DNA of 64,000 nucleotides from contig JAHEMG010000008.1 of NCBI GenBank assembly GCA_024643755.1, forward strand, positions 928-64,927, read 5' to 3'. The position numbers were made by a program, and so were the translations under genes. Shown here in pieces: positions 21,204 through 31,653 of this stretch. Source of the stretch: Flavobacteriales bacterium. GTDB taxonomy: Bacteria > Bacteroidota > Bacteroidia > NS11-12g > UBA955. Within the stretch, counting starts at the first letter, position 1. Every line of letters starts with the position of its first letter. Under the pieces are notes generated by a model. It was given only the letters and a program-made list of their open reading frames with translations. It had not been told where the DNA came from and ran no database searches.

Positions 21204-24200
21204 ATGCAAAAACGCTACATGCTGAAAAAAGCCGCACTATACTTCTTTTTGTTTTTATTCGGGCAATTGGCATCTCCTTTGAAGGCCTCTCATTACACAT
21301 TTGGTAGTGAGGTTTGGGCTACTCACATCACCAAGAACAAATACGAAATTAGTTACCGTGCATACAGAGTTTGTGGAGCAGTAATATCGGCCCCAAGTTC
21401 AGTATTTGTCGTAGCCTACGGCGGCAAAAGTGCTGCCTGCGGAACCGTTTCCTTGACCGCCTCACTGGTTTCGAGCAAAGCCGTTGATCCAAAATGCTCG
21501 ACCTCCGTGGATTGCGATAAAAGCTACCTATTCAAAGAGCATCTATATAAGTGCACCGCTGACCTCGATAGCTCAATTTTCAAAACCATCCTATCGGGCA
21601 GTACCTGTAAAAATATCACGTTTGCAGTTTATGGCTACCTCTACCCCACCGTATTGCCATGTTATAATTGGGACGCATATTCCGCTACCACTATCTATTT
21701 AGAAAATTTGGCCAATTGTACCAAAACTACCAATACGCCCCCTGCCAGAATGTTTGAACCAATAAGGGTTTTGCATATCGATAGGACTGCTATTTTCAAT
21801 CAAGGACTTGCCGATACCGCTGAAAGGGATGTATTGCGTTACGAACTGTCGCCATCCAATTGGGATGTACCCTATAAAAACAAGACTTGCGTAAATACCC
21901 CAACCAAAGACCTAAGCCACCCTTTCACCCCTACCTGCGCGGGTACGACCCTTTGCAGTGCAAATACCAAAACCAATCCCGTACGTGGTACCTATTTCGA
22001 CACAAGCGATGGCGTATTCATATTTACACCCAGCGTGGATGGAGAATTTGGGGTGGCCTGCGTAAAAGTCAAGGAATATCGCATCAACAAAAATGGCAAA
22101 TACACGTTAATCGCCGAACACCAAAGAGAGGTAGCAGCATATGTCGTTGATACCAAAGGCGATAACGAACCTCCTAAAGCACTGCTCACTCAAAAAAGCG
22201 TTATTAAAGTATGCGTTGGCAACACCATCAAACAAAAATTTGTGGACTTCGACGACGTGGTAGCACCCTTTCAATCGATATCAGACAGCCTACAAGTAAT
22301 TGTACCACCAACCTATCGCGGGGCATCCATCAAAGTCTACAGCTCTGCCAAAAATAAGCGCAGCTTGGAATTCAACTGGACACCTACCCTGGCAGACACT
22401 TTCGCTGAAGGCTATGTATTCCCAATTAAAGTGGTTGATTTGCATTGCTCTGAACCACTATCAACAACCTACAACCTCATCGTAAAGGTTTACCCCCAAC
22501 CAACCGGAACACCACAAGTTGCTTACAAAGGTTGCAACAAACTCACCTTAAACGTCAAAAATTTCGGCGGCGGCAGCGCCCCAAAAGTAAGTTGGCAAAT
22601 CCTCAACTCAACGGGTAATACCGTAGGCACTTCCAACCGTGTTAGTGATAGTTTGCTACTCGATGGAACCGGAACATACAAAGTGCTAGCACTTTTCTCC
22701 AATGAAGGAGGATGTTTGAAACCATGGGATACCACCATCAGCATTGTTGATACTGTCATCAATTTTCAATTGGGATCACAAAAGCCATTCTCTGATACCC
22801 TAAACTGTCCAAATGGTTCTCTCTACCTCGAACCAAAAAATGTAACCGCCCGCAAAGGTGCGTTGCAATATAATTGGTATGGACTTTCATTTGATATCGC
22901 AATGCAAAACAAAACACCGCGCGATATCTCAACATCTACACTTGCAAAGATTGGAAGCGGCAAGAACATCACAGTAAAAACCAACAAAGACACCGCTATT
23001 TTGCTATTCATTACCGATGCCAAAGGATGTACCGAGGCACGACAGCTCAATATCACACAACTTTTCAGCGACCCCGTTGAATGGAATAAATCGCCCCTAT
23101 CACCCATTTGCGCATCAGACCCACCATTCAAGTTGATCGATCCCGTAAACAAGGACTTGCTCGACGGTGGCCCAATGACCAATATTCGATGTCTCAATGG
23201 CAAATACCTCGATAGCCTCGGTCCAAACTACTACAAATTGCGATCGCCGCAAGCCATCAAAGGGGTAGATAAAATCACTTTAAGTTTGGTAGCGAGTTAC
23301 GACACACTGGGCTGTATCAGCAGAGATACCAACACCATCGATGTGATGTATCTGCCACAATTTGACTTGGCAACGACCACAACGGTGTGCAGTGGCGATT
23401 CGGCCTTCTTCCCTGAAGACGCCGTAATTAAACCAGCCAAAAATGCCCTGCCCTACGATTGGAAAATCATCGGTATGCCATCAAAATCCATCGCCCAACT
23501 GATGCCCCTCACCGTGGGTGGCAGAACCGGAACGCATTTGGTAACACACCTCGATTCAATCGCCGTGGGCACTTACAAATTACAGGCCTGCACAGCCGAT
23601 TCAACGTTGGGTTGCAGATCCTGCGACACAGCCATCATCATCGCCAAACCACAAATCAAATTCCAATACACCGGTGATACCTTAATTTGTCCGAACGATG
23701 CCCCATTCCGCCTGCGCGATAAAATCAAACTAAGCTCCGGGGAATTGAATGACAGTTTATACAGTGTTTCGCTATATGCAATCAATGGCAATACCAACCC
23801 GTCGGCCAACGTACAACGCGTGTTTGACAAAAACAGCAGCGAACTCCATCCTAGAATTGTGGTTGGAACCGTGCGTGTTCGCCTAGAATCTCCCAAGTAT
23901 TGCTATGCTGATGGATATGTCAATGTGCGCATCCAAGACACACTGCCTGTTAACTATAGTGTGAGTCCCGATAGCGTGATTCGACTCCCCCGCACTTCAT
24001 TTACCTTCACCGCTAGCACCACTTCACCACGCGTTTGGTGGTATTTTGGCACCGGCAATCTGGGCGATACATCCACCCTCAATCCCATTACCTGGTCGTT
24101 CGATAGCAAAATTGCGGACTACAAAGTATCTGCACGCAGTTATCACAACAATGGTTGTTATGGCGAGTTCACACGCAAAGCTTCGATTTGGGATGTTTCA

Positions 24201-24443
24201 GCGATCAACCAATTTGACCAAGACGCGAAAATCAACCAAGATTTACTACTCATTTCAACGCGTTGGGAGCTAAATCAATTGGATATTTTCGACACCCAAG
24301 GAAAACTCGTCTACCGCACCTTGGAAAATCGCGGCGCACCAAAAATGCAACTAGCCCCAGGATTGTATACCTACAAAATTCGCGCTTCACGCGGTGCTGA
24401 TGTGGTTGAAAAATCTGGAAAGTGGTTGAACTTTGGCGGGTAA
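21204..24443 (+). CDS. Very large secreted Cys-rich adhesin-like protein, probable T9SS cargo
   Basis: ATG 21204 (or 21219) gives a signal peptide (LYFFLFLFGQLASPLKA). The protein is Cys-rich with Ig-like repeats. The C-terminal ~80 aa (LDIFDTQGKLVYRT...GLYTYKIRA) resemble a type A CTD. No enzymatic motif recognised. Confidence 0.6.
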   Translation: MQKRYMLKKAALYFFLFLFGQLASPLKASHYTFGSEVWATHITKNKYEISYRAYRVCGAVISAPSSVFVVAYGGKSAACGTVSLTASLVSSKAVDPKCSTSVDCDKSYLFKEHLYKCTADLDSSIFKTILSGSTCKNITFAVYGYLYPTVLPCYNWDAYSATTIYLENLANCTKTTNTPPARMFEPIRVLHIDRTAIFNQGLADTAERDVLRYELSPSNWDVPYKNKTCVNTPTKDLSHPFTPTCAGTTLCSANTKTNPVRGTYFDTSDGVFIFTPSVDGEFGVACVKVKEYRINKNGKYTLIAEHQREVAAYVVDTKGDNEPPKALLTQKSVIKVCVGNTIKQKFVDFDDVVAPFQSISDSLQVIVPPTYRGASIKVYSSAKNKRSLEFNWTPTLADTFAEGYVFPIKVVDLHCSEPLSTTYNLIVKVYPQPTGTPQVAYKGCNKLTLNVKNFGGGSAPKVSWQILNSTGNTVGTSNRVSDSLLLDGTGTYKVLALFSNEGGCLKPWDTTISIVDTVINFQLGSQKPFSDTLNCPNGSLYLEPKNVTARKGALQYNWYGLSFDIAMQNKTPRDISTSTLAKIGSGKNITVKTNKDTAILLFITDAKGCTEARQLNITQLFSDPVEWNKSPLSPICASDPPFKLIDPVNKDLLDGGPMTNIRCLNGKYLDSLGPNYYKLRSPQAIKGVDKITLSLVASYDTLGCISRDTNTIDVMYLPQFDLATTTTVCSGDSAFFPEDAVIKPAKNALPYDWKIIGMPSKSIAQLMPLTVGGRTGTHLVTHLDSIAVGTYKLQACTADSTLGCRSCDTAIIIAKPQIKFQYTGDTLICPNDAPFRLRDKIKLSSGELNDSLYSVSLYAINGNTNPSANVQRVFDKNSSELHPRIVVGTVRVRLESPKYCYADGYVNVRIQDTLPVNYSVSPDSVIRLPRTSFTFTASTTSPRVWWYFGTGNLGDTSTLNPITWSFDSKIADYKVSARSYHNNGCYGEFTRKASIWDVSAINQFDQDAKINQDLLLISTRWELNQLDIFDTQGKLVYRTLENRGAPKMQLAPGLYTYKIRASRGADVVEKSGKWLNFGG

Positions 24444-24534
24444 TTTCCAACGCAGAGGCCAAATTTTTCTGAGTCGCGTTTAATTATTGTATTTTTTACA
24501 ATATATTCGCCATCGGTGAATAATATTAGCGCGG

Positions 24535-25227
24535 ATGGACAATCAATTTGAATCGTATTTTAAAGCAGCGGTATCCGTTGACAACGTAGTTTTTGGATTT
24601 GACAATACCGGCCTCAAAGTACTCCTCATTTATCGCGGTGCAGACCCTTACAGAAATTGCTGGGCCTTGCCAGGTGATTTAATTAGCCTAGATACTAATC
24701 TTTTAGATTCCGCTGAAAAGGTTTTGCAAGACCTCACCGGACTTGAGGAAATCTACATGGAGCAGATCCACACGTTTGGTAAGGTGGACCGACATCCCTA
24801 CGGACGTGTATTCACCGTTGCGTATTTCGCCTTGATCAAAATCGAGGATTATCACCTTCACCCATCATCGTGGGCCGAAGAAGCTGCTTGGTTTCCAATC
24901 AGCGAAATTCCCGAATTGCCCTTTGACCACAATGAAATATTGGCCTATGCCAAAGAGCAGTTGAAGAGTAAAATCCGTCGCCAACCCATAGGATTTGAAC
25001 TACTCCCTAAGCATTTTACCCTCACTGAGTTACAAACGCTGTACGAATCCATTTTAGAAAGGGGCTTCGATGTAAGGAACTTCCGCAAAAAGATCCTTTC
25101 CATGGATTTCATCACCGATACGGGCTTGAAACAAACCAGCGTTACCCATCGCCCCGCAAAACTGTACAAGTACAACGCCAAACGCTATAGCAATCTCATC
25201 AACACCGGGTTTGCGTTTGATTTATAA
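24535..25227 (+). CDS. NrtR/AraR-like transcriptional regulator (degenerate Nudix plus wHTH), paralog of 2905-3708
   Basis: Colinear with the first copy (VSVDNVVFGF, ALPGDL, FDHNEIL, LQTLYESILERGFDVRNFRKKI). The Nudix box is degenerate (SAEKVLQDLTGL). Confidence 0.75.
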   Translation: MDNQFESYFKAAVSVDNVVFGFDNTGLKVLLIYRGADPYRNCWALPGDLISLDTNLLDSAEKVLQDLTGLEEIYMEQIHTFGKVDRHPYGRVFTVAYFALIKIEDYHLHPSSWAEEAAWFPISEIPELPFDHNEILAYAKEQLKSKIRRQPIGFELLPKHFTLTELQTLYESILERGFDVRNFRKKILSMDFITDTGLKQTSVTHRPAKLYKYNAKRYSNLINTGFAFDL

Positions 25228-25236
25228 CCTACTTTC

Positions 25237-27591
25237 ATGATACGATTGAACATTCAACGCCAACTGCGCGTGCTTACTGTCATGGCGATACTATCATTTT
25301 GTGGTAGTACCCAAAACGCCATCGCACAGAAAGATCAACCTGCCACTTCTGAGGCAAACCCCATTCCCAATGTAGCCATTATTTCGCTCGACAAGGCGAT
25401 AAGCGACCACGTAAATTCCCTCACTTTGGAACAGAAGGTGGGACAGATGACGCAGATCGATTTGGGTGTCATCGCCGTGGGAAGTCCATGTGGCTTGCAA
25501 CAACCACAGACCCTCGATCTTGAAAAGTTGCGCATCGCCATCGAAAAATACCACATTGGATCGGTGTTGAACGTTGGTTGCGGATCGGGAACCATCGCCT
25601 TGGACCGCTGGCAAGAAATTCACAAAGGCATCTCAAAGGCATCAAGTCAATACTCCAGCACGCACATCCCCATTTTGTTTGGAATCGATGCGATACATGG
25701 CGTGAACTACACTGTGGGTGGCACCTTATTCCCGCAGCAAATTGGCCAGGCCGCTACATGGAACCCCGACTTGGTCCTCAAAGGTGCCGAAATCACCGCA
25801 CTGGAATGTAGGATATCAGGAATTCCATGGAATTTTTCGCCCGTTTTGGATTTGGGCCGACAGCCCCTGTGGTCGCGCTTCTTCGAAACCTACGGCGAGG
25901 ATGTGTATTTGGCCAAAACGATGACCTCCGCTAGCATTCGCGGATATCAGGGCAATCACCCAGAGCTGGGTATTGATGACCGACATGTTGCGGCCTGCAT
26001 GAAACATTTTTTGGGTTACAGCTATCCCTTGAGTGGGAAGGATCGCACCCCGGCATGGATTCCTGAGCGAGAGTTAAGAGAATACTATTTGCCTACATTT
26101 CAGACTGCCATTGATCAAGGTGCTTTGACTGTAATGATCAATTCTGGCGAATTGAATGGCACGCCGGTGCATGTAAATCATGACATCCTCACAAAATTGT
26201 TGCGTAACGAACTCGGATTTAAGGGCTTGGCGGTAACCGATTGGGAAGACATTTATAAGCTCCACACCACACACAAAGTGGCGGCCTCGCTGCGCGAGGC
26301 CGTGAAACTGGCCATCAATGCCGGGATCGACATGTCGATGACCCCCAACGATTTTCAGTTCAATGACTTGTTGATTGATTTGGTAAAAACTGGCGAAGTC
26401 CCCGTGGAACGCATCAACGAAGCCGTACACCGCATCCTATATATAAAACACCAATTGGGGATTTATGATGCGATGAGTCCTTCCGTCGGCAGCATTCGAG
26501 AAGCCCTCAACCCTGAAGATTTGGGTTGCGCAAAACACCGTGAGGCAGCTTTGAAAACCGCAGAAGAAAGTATCACGTTGCTAAAGAACGACACAACCGC
26601 CAATGGCAAACCACTCCTTCCGCTGGGAAATCAATCCCTATACGTGTTTGGTAACGCCGCGGATGATTTGAATTTATTGAATGGCGCATGGACAAACACT
26701 TGGCAAGGGAACGATAGTCAATATCGCCACAATCCGCTGTACCCCACCATTTGGGAGGCTTTGATCAAGAACCACGCCCAAGCCCTTTCAAGTAATACAC
26801 GCACGGCAAAACAATTAAAAACATTGAAAAAATCGCTCTCCCCCAATGCCGTGGCCATCTTCTGCGTTGGTGAAACACCTGGAACGGAAATAGTTGGAAA
26901 CATTGACGATTTGGCCGCCGAAATTGGTGCGGGCGATAAACAACTCTTCGATTTTTTCGTACAAAATCAAGTACCGGTGGTGCTGGTATTGGTGACAGGC
27001 CGTCCGCGCATCATTACCGAATACGCCAATCAATCCACGGCGGTTTTACAGGCATACCTCCCCGGAAATGAAGGTGGCACCGCCATCGCCAAAATCCTCA
27101 TAGGCCAAACCAACCCTTCAGGCAAATTGCCATACACCTATCCAAGATTCGCTGGCGATGTGGTGCATTATGATCACAAGTCTACGGAGCGCAACGACAA
27201 ACTTTTTGGCACCAACGCCTACCAGCCGCTGTTCGATTTCGGACATGGTTTGAGTTATACGCAGTTTAAATATGGCACCTTGACTGTTACACCCACCGCT
27301 AACCAATCATTTCGGGTAACAACCACCATCACCAATACAGGCGACAAACCAGGCAAGGAAGTATGCCAATTGTACTACCGCGATGAATTTGCCAGTATCA
27401 CCCCATCGGTGAAAAAGCTTTGTGCATACCATAAAACCAACGTATTGCAACCCGGCGAAAGCGAAACCATCGAATTCACCATCACACAGAAAGATCTGAG
27501 TTTCATCAACAAGGATTTACAGCGTGTAACCGAACCCGGCGATATCACTTTCATGCTCAAAGACCAAACAACCACGGTTCAGATTAAGTAA
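25237..27591 (+). CDS. GH3 beta-glucosidase (BglX-like), secreted
   Basis: Signal peptide; KVGQMTQ, GIDAIHG, FKGLAVTDWEDI (SDW-type nucleophile region) and a C-terminal FnIII-like domain. Confidence 0.9.
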   Translation: MIRLNIQRQLRVLTVMAILSFCGSTQNAIAQKDQPATSEANPIPNVAIISLDKAISDHVNSLTLEQKVGQMTQIDLGVIAVGSPCGLQQPQTLDLEKLRIAIEKYHIGSVLNVGCGSGTIALDRWQEIHKGISKASSQYSSTHIPILFGIDAIHGVNYTVGGTLFPQQIGQAATWNPDLVLKGAEITALECRISGIPWNFSPVLDLGRQPLWSRFFETYGEDVYLAKTMTSASIRGYQGNHPELGIDDRHVAACMKHFLGYSYPLSGKDRTPAWIPERELREYYLPTFQTAIDQGALTVMINSGELNGTPVHVNHDILTKLLRNELGFKGLAVTDWEDIYKLHTTHKVAASLREAVKLAINAGIDMSMTPNDFQFNDLLIDLVKTGEVPVERINEAVHRILYIKHQLGIYDAMSPSVGSIREALNPEDLGCAKHREAALKTAEESITLLKNDTTANGKPLLPLGNQSLYVFGNAADDLNLLNGAWTNTWQGNDSQYRHNPLYPTIWEALIKNHAQALSSNTRTAKQLKTLKKSLSPNAVAIFCVGETPGTEIVGNIDDLAAEIGAGDKQLFDFFVQNQVPVVLVLVTGRPRIITEYANQSTAVLQAYLPGNEGGTAIAKILIGQTNPSGKLPYTYPRFAGDVVHYDHKSTERNDKLFGTNAYQPLFDFGHGLSYTQFKYGTLTVTPTANQSFRVTTTITNTGDKPGKEVCQLYYRDEFASITPSVKKLCAYHKTNVLQPGESETIEFTITQKDLSFINKDLQRVTEPGDITFMLKDQTTTVQIK

Positions 27592-27638
27592 TGAATCAAA
27601 TCATATCCATGTAGATTTATCACCTATCTCGAGTCAAA

Positions 27639-27675
27639 AAAAGGAGGGGCCCCGCTGCGCGGGGCCCCTCCTTTT
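27639..27675. terminator. Bidirectional intrinsic terminator (perfect 17-bp arms, TGC centre)
   Basis: AAAAGGAGGGGCCCCGC TGC GCGGGGCCCCTCCTTTT, between the convergent GH3 (+) and GH16 (-) genes. Confidence 0.85.
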
Positions 27676-27696
27676 ATAATCACTTCGTGTGATGAA

Positions 27697-28809
27697 TCAA
27701 TTCTTCTGAAACACCCGCACGTAATCTACATCCATCTGCTGTGGAAATACCGTGGTCCCATCAGGATAACCCGGCCAATTGCCTCCCACCGCGATATTGA
27801 AAATAAAGAAAAACTTCTGATTGAAAGGATAAATTCCACCCGTATTCGCCGGAGTTAACGTGTGAAATTTCACATCGTCGACATACCACTCAACCAAATT
27901 GTTCTCCCACTTCAAGGTAAACACATGGTACGCATCGGAGAAATTGCCGGTCGACAATCCATAGGAAGCGGTTCTCTGCGTCGATGGTGGCTGATTGCCA
28001 AAATGCGCTGTACCATGCACTCGATTGGGCTGATTACCAATCAATTCCATGATATCCAACTCACCACAATTGGGCCATCCAACCGAACTGAAATTCGATC
28101 CCAACATCCACAACGCAGGCCAAATACCCTGTCCTTTTGGCAATCTCGCACGTATATCAATTCTTCCATACTGAAACTCGCGCTTGCCTTTGGTCAAAAT
28201 CCGCGCAGAAGTATAATTGAAACCTCCCTGCGATTCTTTTTTCGCTGTAATCGTCAATTTGCCATTGCCCACCACACAGTTTGCAGTGCCCGAAGTGTAA
28301 TACTGAGACTCATTGTTGCCCCATCCACCAGAGCCATTGCCTACATCATAGCCCCAGCTCGACAAATCCAATGCATCGCCAGAAAATTCATCGGCCCAAG
28401 CCAAATTGTAACCAGCATATGCCGTGGGTGTTGAATACCCATCTGCCAAGGTTGTGGCCTCAATCTTTACGGTATCCAATGCCGAGATATACTGAGCCGC
28501 ACTCGCATGCGCTTTCAATATCACCTCGTAGGTTCCATCAGCCGCAAACGTGTAAGAAACTACCCCTGTGGGCGATTCCACCGTAACATCACCCGACTTG
28601 TCCTTGAACGTAGCCGAGAAATAGTTGGCGTGGTTGGCCTTCATCGTAAAGGTCACCTTGCCCTTTGGAGCAGCAGCGTAATCCAACGTCCAAGTAAAAT
28701 TATCGGGTAGCACGACAGGATCAACGGGCTTCTCTTCGCAGCCCATCATTCCCAGCGATAAACCCAAGGAAACAAGCATCAACATGGCCATATTCAGGAT
28801 GCGACGCAT
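27697..28809 (-). CDS. GH16 endo-beta-1,3-glucanase (laminarinase) lipoprotein
   Basis: ATG 28807-28809 gives MRRILNMAMLMLVSLGLSLGMMGC (lipobox). Catalytic ELDIME (ExDxxE) motif, WPALWMLG, and an N-terminal Ig-like domain. Confidence 0.9.
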   Translation of the reverse strand: MRRILNMAMLMLVSLGLSLGMMGCEEKPVDPVVLPDNFTWTLDYAAAPKGKVTFTMKANHANYFSATFKDKSGDVTVESPTGVVSYTFAADGTYEVILKAHASAAQYISALDTVKIEATTLADGYSTPTAYAGYNLAWADEFSGDALDLSSWGYDVGNGSGGWGNNESQYYTSGTANCVVGNGKLTITAKKESQGGFNYTSARILTKGKREFQYGRIDIRARLPKGQGIWPALWMLGSNFSSVGWPNCGELDIMELIGNQPNRVHGTAHFGNQPPSTQRTASYGLSTGNFSDAYHVFTLKWENNLVEWYVDDVKFHTLTPANTGGIYPFNQKFFFIFNIAVGGNWPGYPDGTTVFPQQMDVDYVRVFQKN

Positions 28810-28810
28810 G

Positions 28811-30148
28811 TTATTTCTGTTTGATATCATCTACGTAAAATGTGCCTGCATTGGCAACGCTCCAACCTGGGAACAATACCAATCGACCGTATTTACCAGC
28901 TACAGCATCGCTGAAGTCAATGCTCACCTCTACCCACTGATTGGCAACGGTAACATCTACATCCTTCTCCACAAATTCTGTGGTGTTATCACGGTTTTCC
29001 AATTTGATACGGAAGGTGCCTGTTGCAGGGGCCCAAACTTTCACAGAAATCGTTTTGCTGCTGCTGAAATCGAACTTGTTGGTCATATCGAAATAAAAAC
29101 CAGCCCAGGTCTCATTGCCATGAACGGTTTCCAACACTTTTGCACTGGTATTGATACCGCCTGAATGAGGGTTATTTACCACAGCCACAGTGCTACCTCC
29201 AAAGGTATTGCTCTTGGGCTCAACCGATTCGAAATCAATAGGCAATGTGTATGTTGGATCATTGCTTCCACCATTGTCAACAGGATACGTATCAGGCACC
29301 AAACGAATGTACCAAGCCAATTGGCTGTTTGAGGCATCTACATAACGTAAGAACAATTCATTCTCCGACATGCGAACCACTTTGTACGTATTCACGCCTG
29401 TATAGTAGCCGATGAATGATTTACCAGAAACGGTCAAAGTGGTGTCTGTACCCATGGTTAGAGTCCAAGTTTGACCCATTTGGTCTGCAAAAGGAGCCGT
29501 GTAATCTGTTTTTGGGTTTAGCGTAGCGCCAGGAAAGTTGCCTGCTTGACCCGTATTTACATAAACATCCCCTTTGGTCATTTGGTCAAAGCCAAATCCC
29601 TTCAGATGAAATCTGAACTGGTCATTGTACAAACCTGTGTTAGACTTATCCATTTTCTTTGCAGCCCACCACTCAGGGTAGTCACCTGCTGCACCTGAAG
29701 GATTTGGACCTACGCCCATATGTCCGTCACGGGTTGAATCAATCACCCAAGTTTTGTAGCCCTTACCTGCACTTCCACCGGTCAATAAGGTGTACAATGG
29801 ATTATTCAATAAGGTGGCATCGTCTTGTGCGATGGTAATTGTTTGTGTGGTCGATGCGCTTCCGCCTGAATTAAACACGGTCAAAGTAACTTGATACGTG
29901 CCTTTCAAAGGGAAGGTACCCAATACGGTTGGACCTTCAGCGGTTGTACCGTTTCCGAAATCCCACTTGGCAATCAAATCCTTGTTCTTCGCATTGAATT
30001 CAATCACGTTTGGATTCGTGGCAGTTGGGGCATACGTAAATTCCGCATCCGCAGTGGTTGGCGGAGTTCCCAAACTGGGTTCTTCTTCACATCCAGCGAG
30101 GGCAAATGCACCCAAAACGCCGAGAAATAACATTTTTATGGTTTTCAT
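28811..30148 (-). CDS. PUL-encoded surface glycan-binding lipoprotein (PKD domain plus beta-glucan-binding-like modules)
   Basis: Lipobox LAGC. PKD domain (FDFGNGT-type WDFGNGTTAEG...YQVTLTVFN). Central W..GVGP....WW...DD.F module. C-terminal CBM-like beta-sandwich. It occupies the position directly after susD. Confidence 0.7.
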   Translation of the reverse strand: MKTIKMLFLGVLGAFALAGCEEEPSLGTPPTTADAEFTYAPTATNPNVIEFNAKNKDLIAKWDFGNGTTAEGPTVLGTFPLKGTYQVTLTVFNSGGSASTTQTITIAQDDATLLNNPLYTLLTGGSAGKGYKTWVIDSTRDGHMGVGPNPSGAAGDYPEWWAAKKMDKSNTGLYNDQFRFHLKGFGFDQMTKGDVYVNTGQAGNFPGATLNPKTDYTAPFADQMGQTWTLTMGTDTTLTVSGKSFIGYYTGVNTYKVVRMSENELFLRYVDASNSQLAWYIRLVPDTYPVDNGGSNDPTYTLPIDFESVEPKSNTFGGSTVAVVNNPHSGGINTSAKVLETVHGNETWAGFYFDMTNKFDFSSSKTISVKVWAPATGTFRIKLENRDNTTEFVEKDVDVTVANQWVEVSIDFSDAVAGKYGRLVLFPGWSVANAGTFYVDDIKQK

Positions 30149-30172
30149 AGCTTTAGTTTTTCTAAGATAATA

Positions 30173-31651
30173 TTAATAGTTCGGATTTTGTTTCCAGTTA
30201 CCACCAGCCAAATCAATTTCTACCTGGGGAATGGGAAATAATTCATGCTTACCCGTCACGAAACCGGTCAAGGAGGTTGCCGCTTGCTTGGTACGCACCA
30301 AATCAAAGTAACGATGCCCTTCGCAAGCCAATTCCAATCTGCGTTCGTTCCAAATGTCTGAAACCAATGTCTGACCTGAACTGGTCACATCGCTCAAATT
30401 CACCCGTTTTCTCACCAAATTCAAATAGGTCTTCGCCTTATTTTCATCAGGCGATGCTTTTCTTGCATTGGCCTCAGCTGCCATCAACAACACATCAGCA
30501 TAACGAATCACTTTGTAGTTCACCGGACTGGTCAAATCGTTATCAGGCAATCCAATTTCGCCCTCCTTTTTGATGTATTTGTTGTTGTAGTAGCCCGTAT
30601 GTCCGCCCGCACCCTTCGCATAGCTAATATCCTGGGGTTTCGCTTGCTTGGCGATAAACGCATCGATATCCAAAATCGTGGCATCCCTGCGAATGTCGGT
30701 TAGAGCAAATGCATCATACAAATTCTTGGTGGGCAAATTGTAACTGTTACCATCGCCATAGATCGGACCTTTATACTGTCTGATGCCCTGAAAGCCCGGA
30801 CCCGCATTGCCTTCCAAACAAATCAAGCAACCATATCCACCACCTTCGGCACCGGTGTATTCAACATCAAAAACAGTCTCTTTGTGTCCTTCGTTTGCCA
30901 CGGTAAACAACTGATTGTAGTTTGGAATCAAGCTATACAAATTCTGATCAATCAACGTTTGGAAGGTTACTGCTGCCTCATCAAACTTATCTTGATATAA
31001 CTGAACCTTACCCAACAAAGCAATCGCTGCACCTTTGGTTACACGACCCTTCTCTGCTGCCGTCCAATCCAATTTAGATGCGGCATATGTTAAGTCTGCC
31101 TCTATTTGCTTGTACACCTCTGCTTTGGGCGTTCTGTCCAAACTGGTCACCTGGTCTGCACCCAAACGCTTGTCTACCACCAATGGCACATCGCCAAAGA
31201 ATTTCACCAATTCAAAGTAGTAGAAAGCACGCAAGAACGAGGCCTGCGCCAAGATGTTCTCCTTACCTGCAAAATCAATCTTGTTCTTGTTTTCCATGAT
31301 GAAATTCACACGGGTGATGCCCGCGTAATTCCAACGAAACACGTTGCGCAACTCTTGGTTTACCGCCACGTGGCTCATATCGTCGATTTCATGCAAACCT
31401 TTGGTATCAGTAACACTCTCACCACCAGCAATGGTGTTGTCTGAAGCGATTTCGCCGATCCAAACCGACAAGAAAGATCCTTGCATCAAATCATAAGCCC
31501 CAGTCAATGCACGCTGATAATCAACAGGCGTATTAAAATAGTTGTCCGCATCTTGCGTATAGGCAGGATCTACATCCAAGAACTTTTCACACCCAAACTG
31601 GGGTAATAAAAGCAGTCCGCCGATTAAGGTTGTTAAAATTGTCTTTTTCAT
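30173..31651 (-). CDS. susD: SusD/RagB-family nutrient-binding outer-membrane lipoprotein
   Basis: Lipobox (FGC), TPR-like SusD fold motifs, and a C-terminal R.LELACEGHRYFDLVR motif; adjacent to susC. Confidence 0.9.
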   Translation of the reverse strand: MKKTILTTLIGGLLLLPQFGCEKFLDVDPAYTQDADNYFNTPVDYQRALTGAYDLMQGSFLSVWIGEIASDNTIAGGESVTDTKGLHEIDDMSHVAVNQELRNVFRWNYAGITRVNFIMENKNKIDFAGKENILAQASFLRAFYYFELVKFFGDVPLVVDKRLGADQVTSLDRTPKAEVYKQIEADLTYAASKLDWTAAEKGRVTKGAAIALLGKVQLYQDKFDEAAVTFQTLIDQNLYSLIPNYNQLFTVANEGHKETVFDVEYTGAEGGGYGCLICLEGNAGPGFQGIRQYKGPIYGDGNSYNLPTKNLYDAFALTDIRRDATILDIDAFIAKQAKPQDISYAKGAGGHTGYYNNKYIKKEGEIGLPDNDLTSPVNYKVIRYADVLLMAAEANARKASPDENKAKTYLNLVRKRVNLSDVTSSGQTLVSDIWNERRLELACEGHRYFDLVRTKQAATSLTGFVTGKHELFPIPQVEIDLAGGNWKQNPNY

Positions 31652-31653
31652 CT

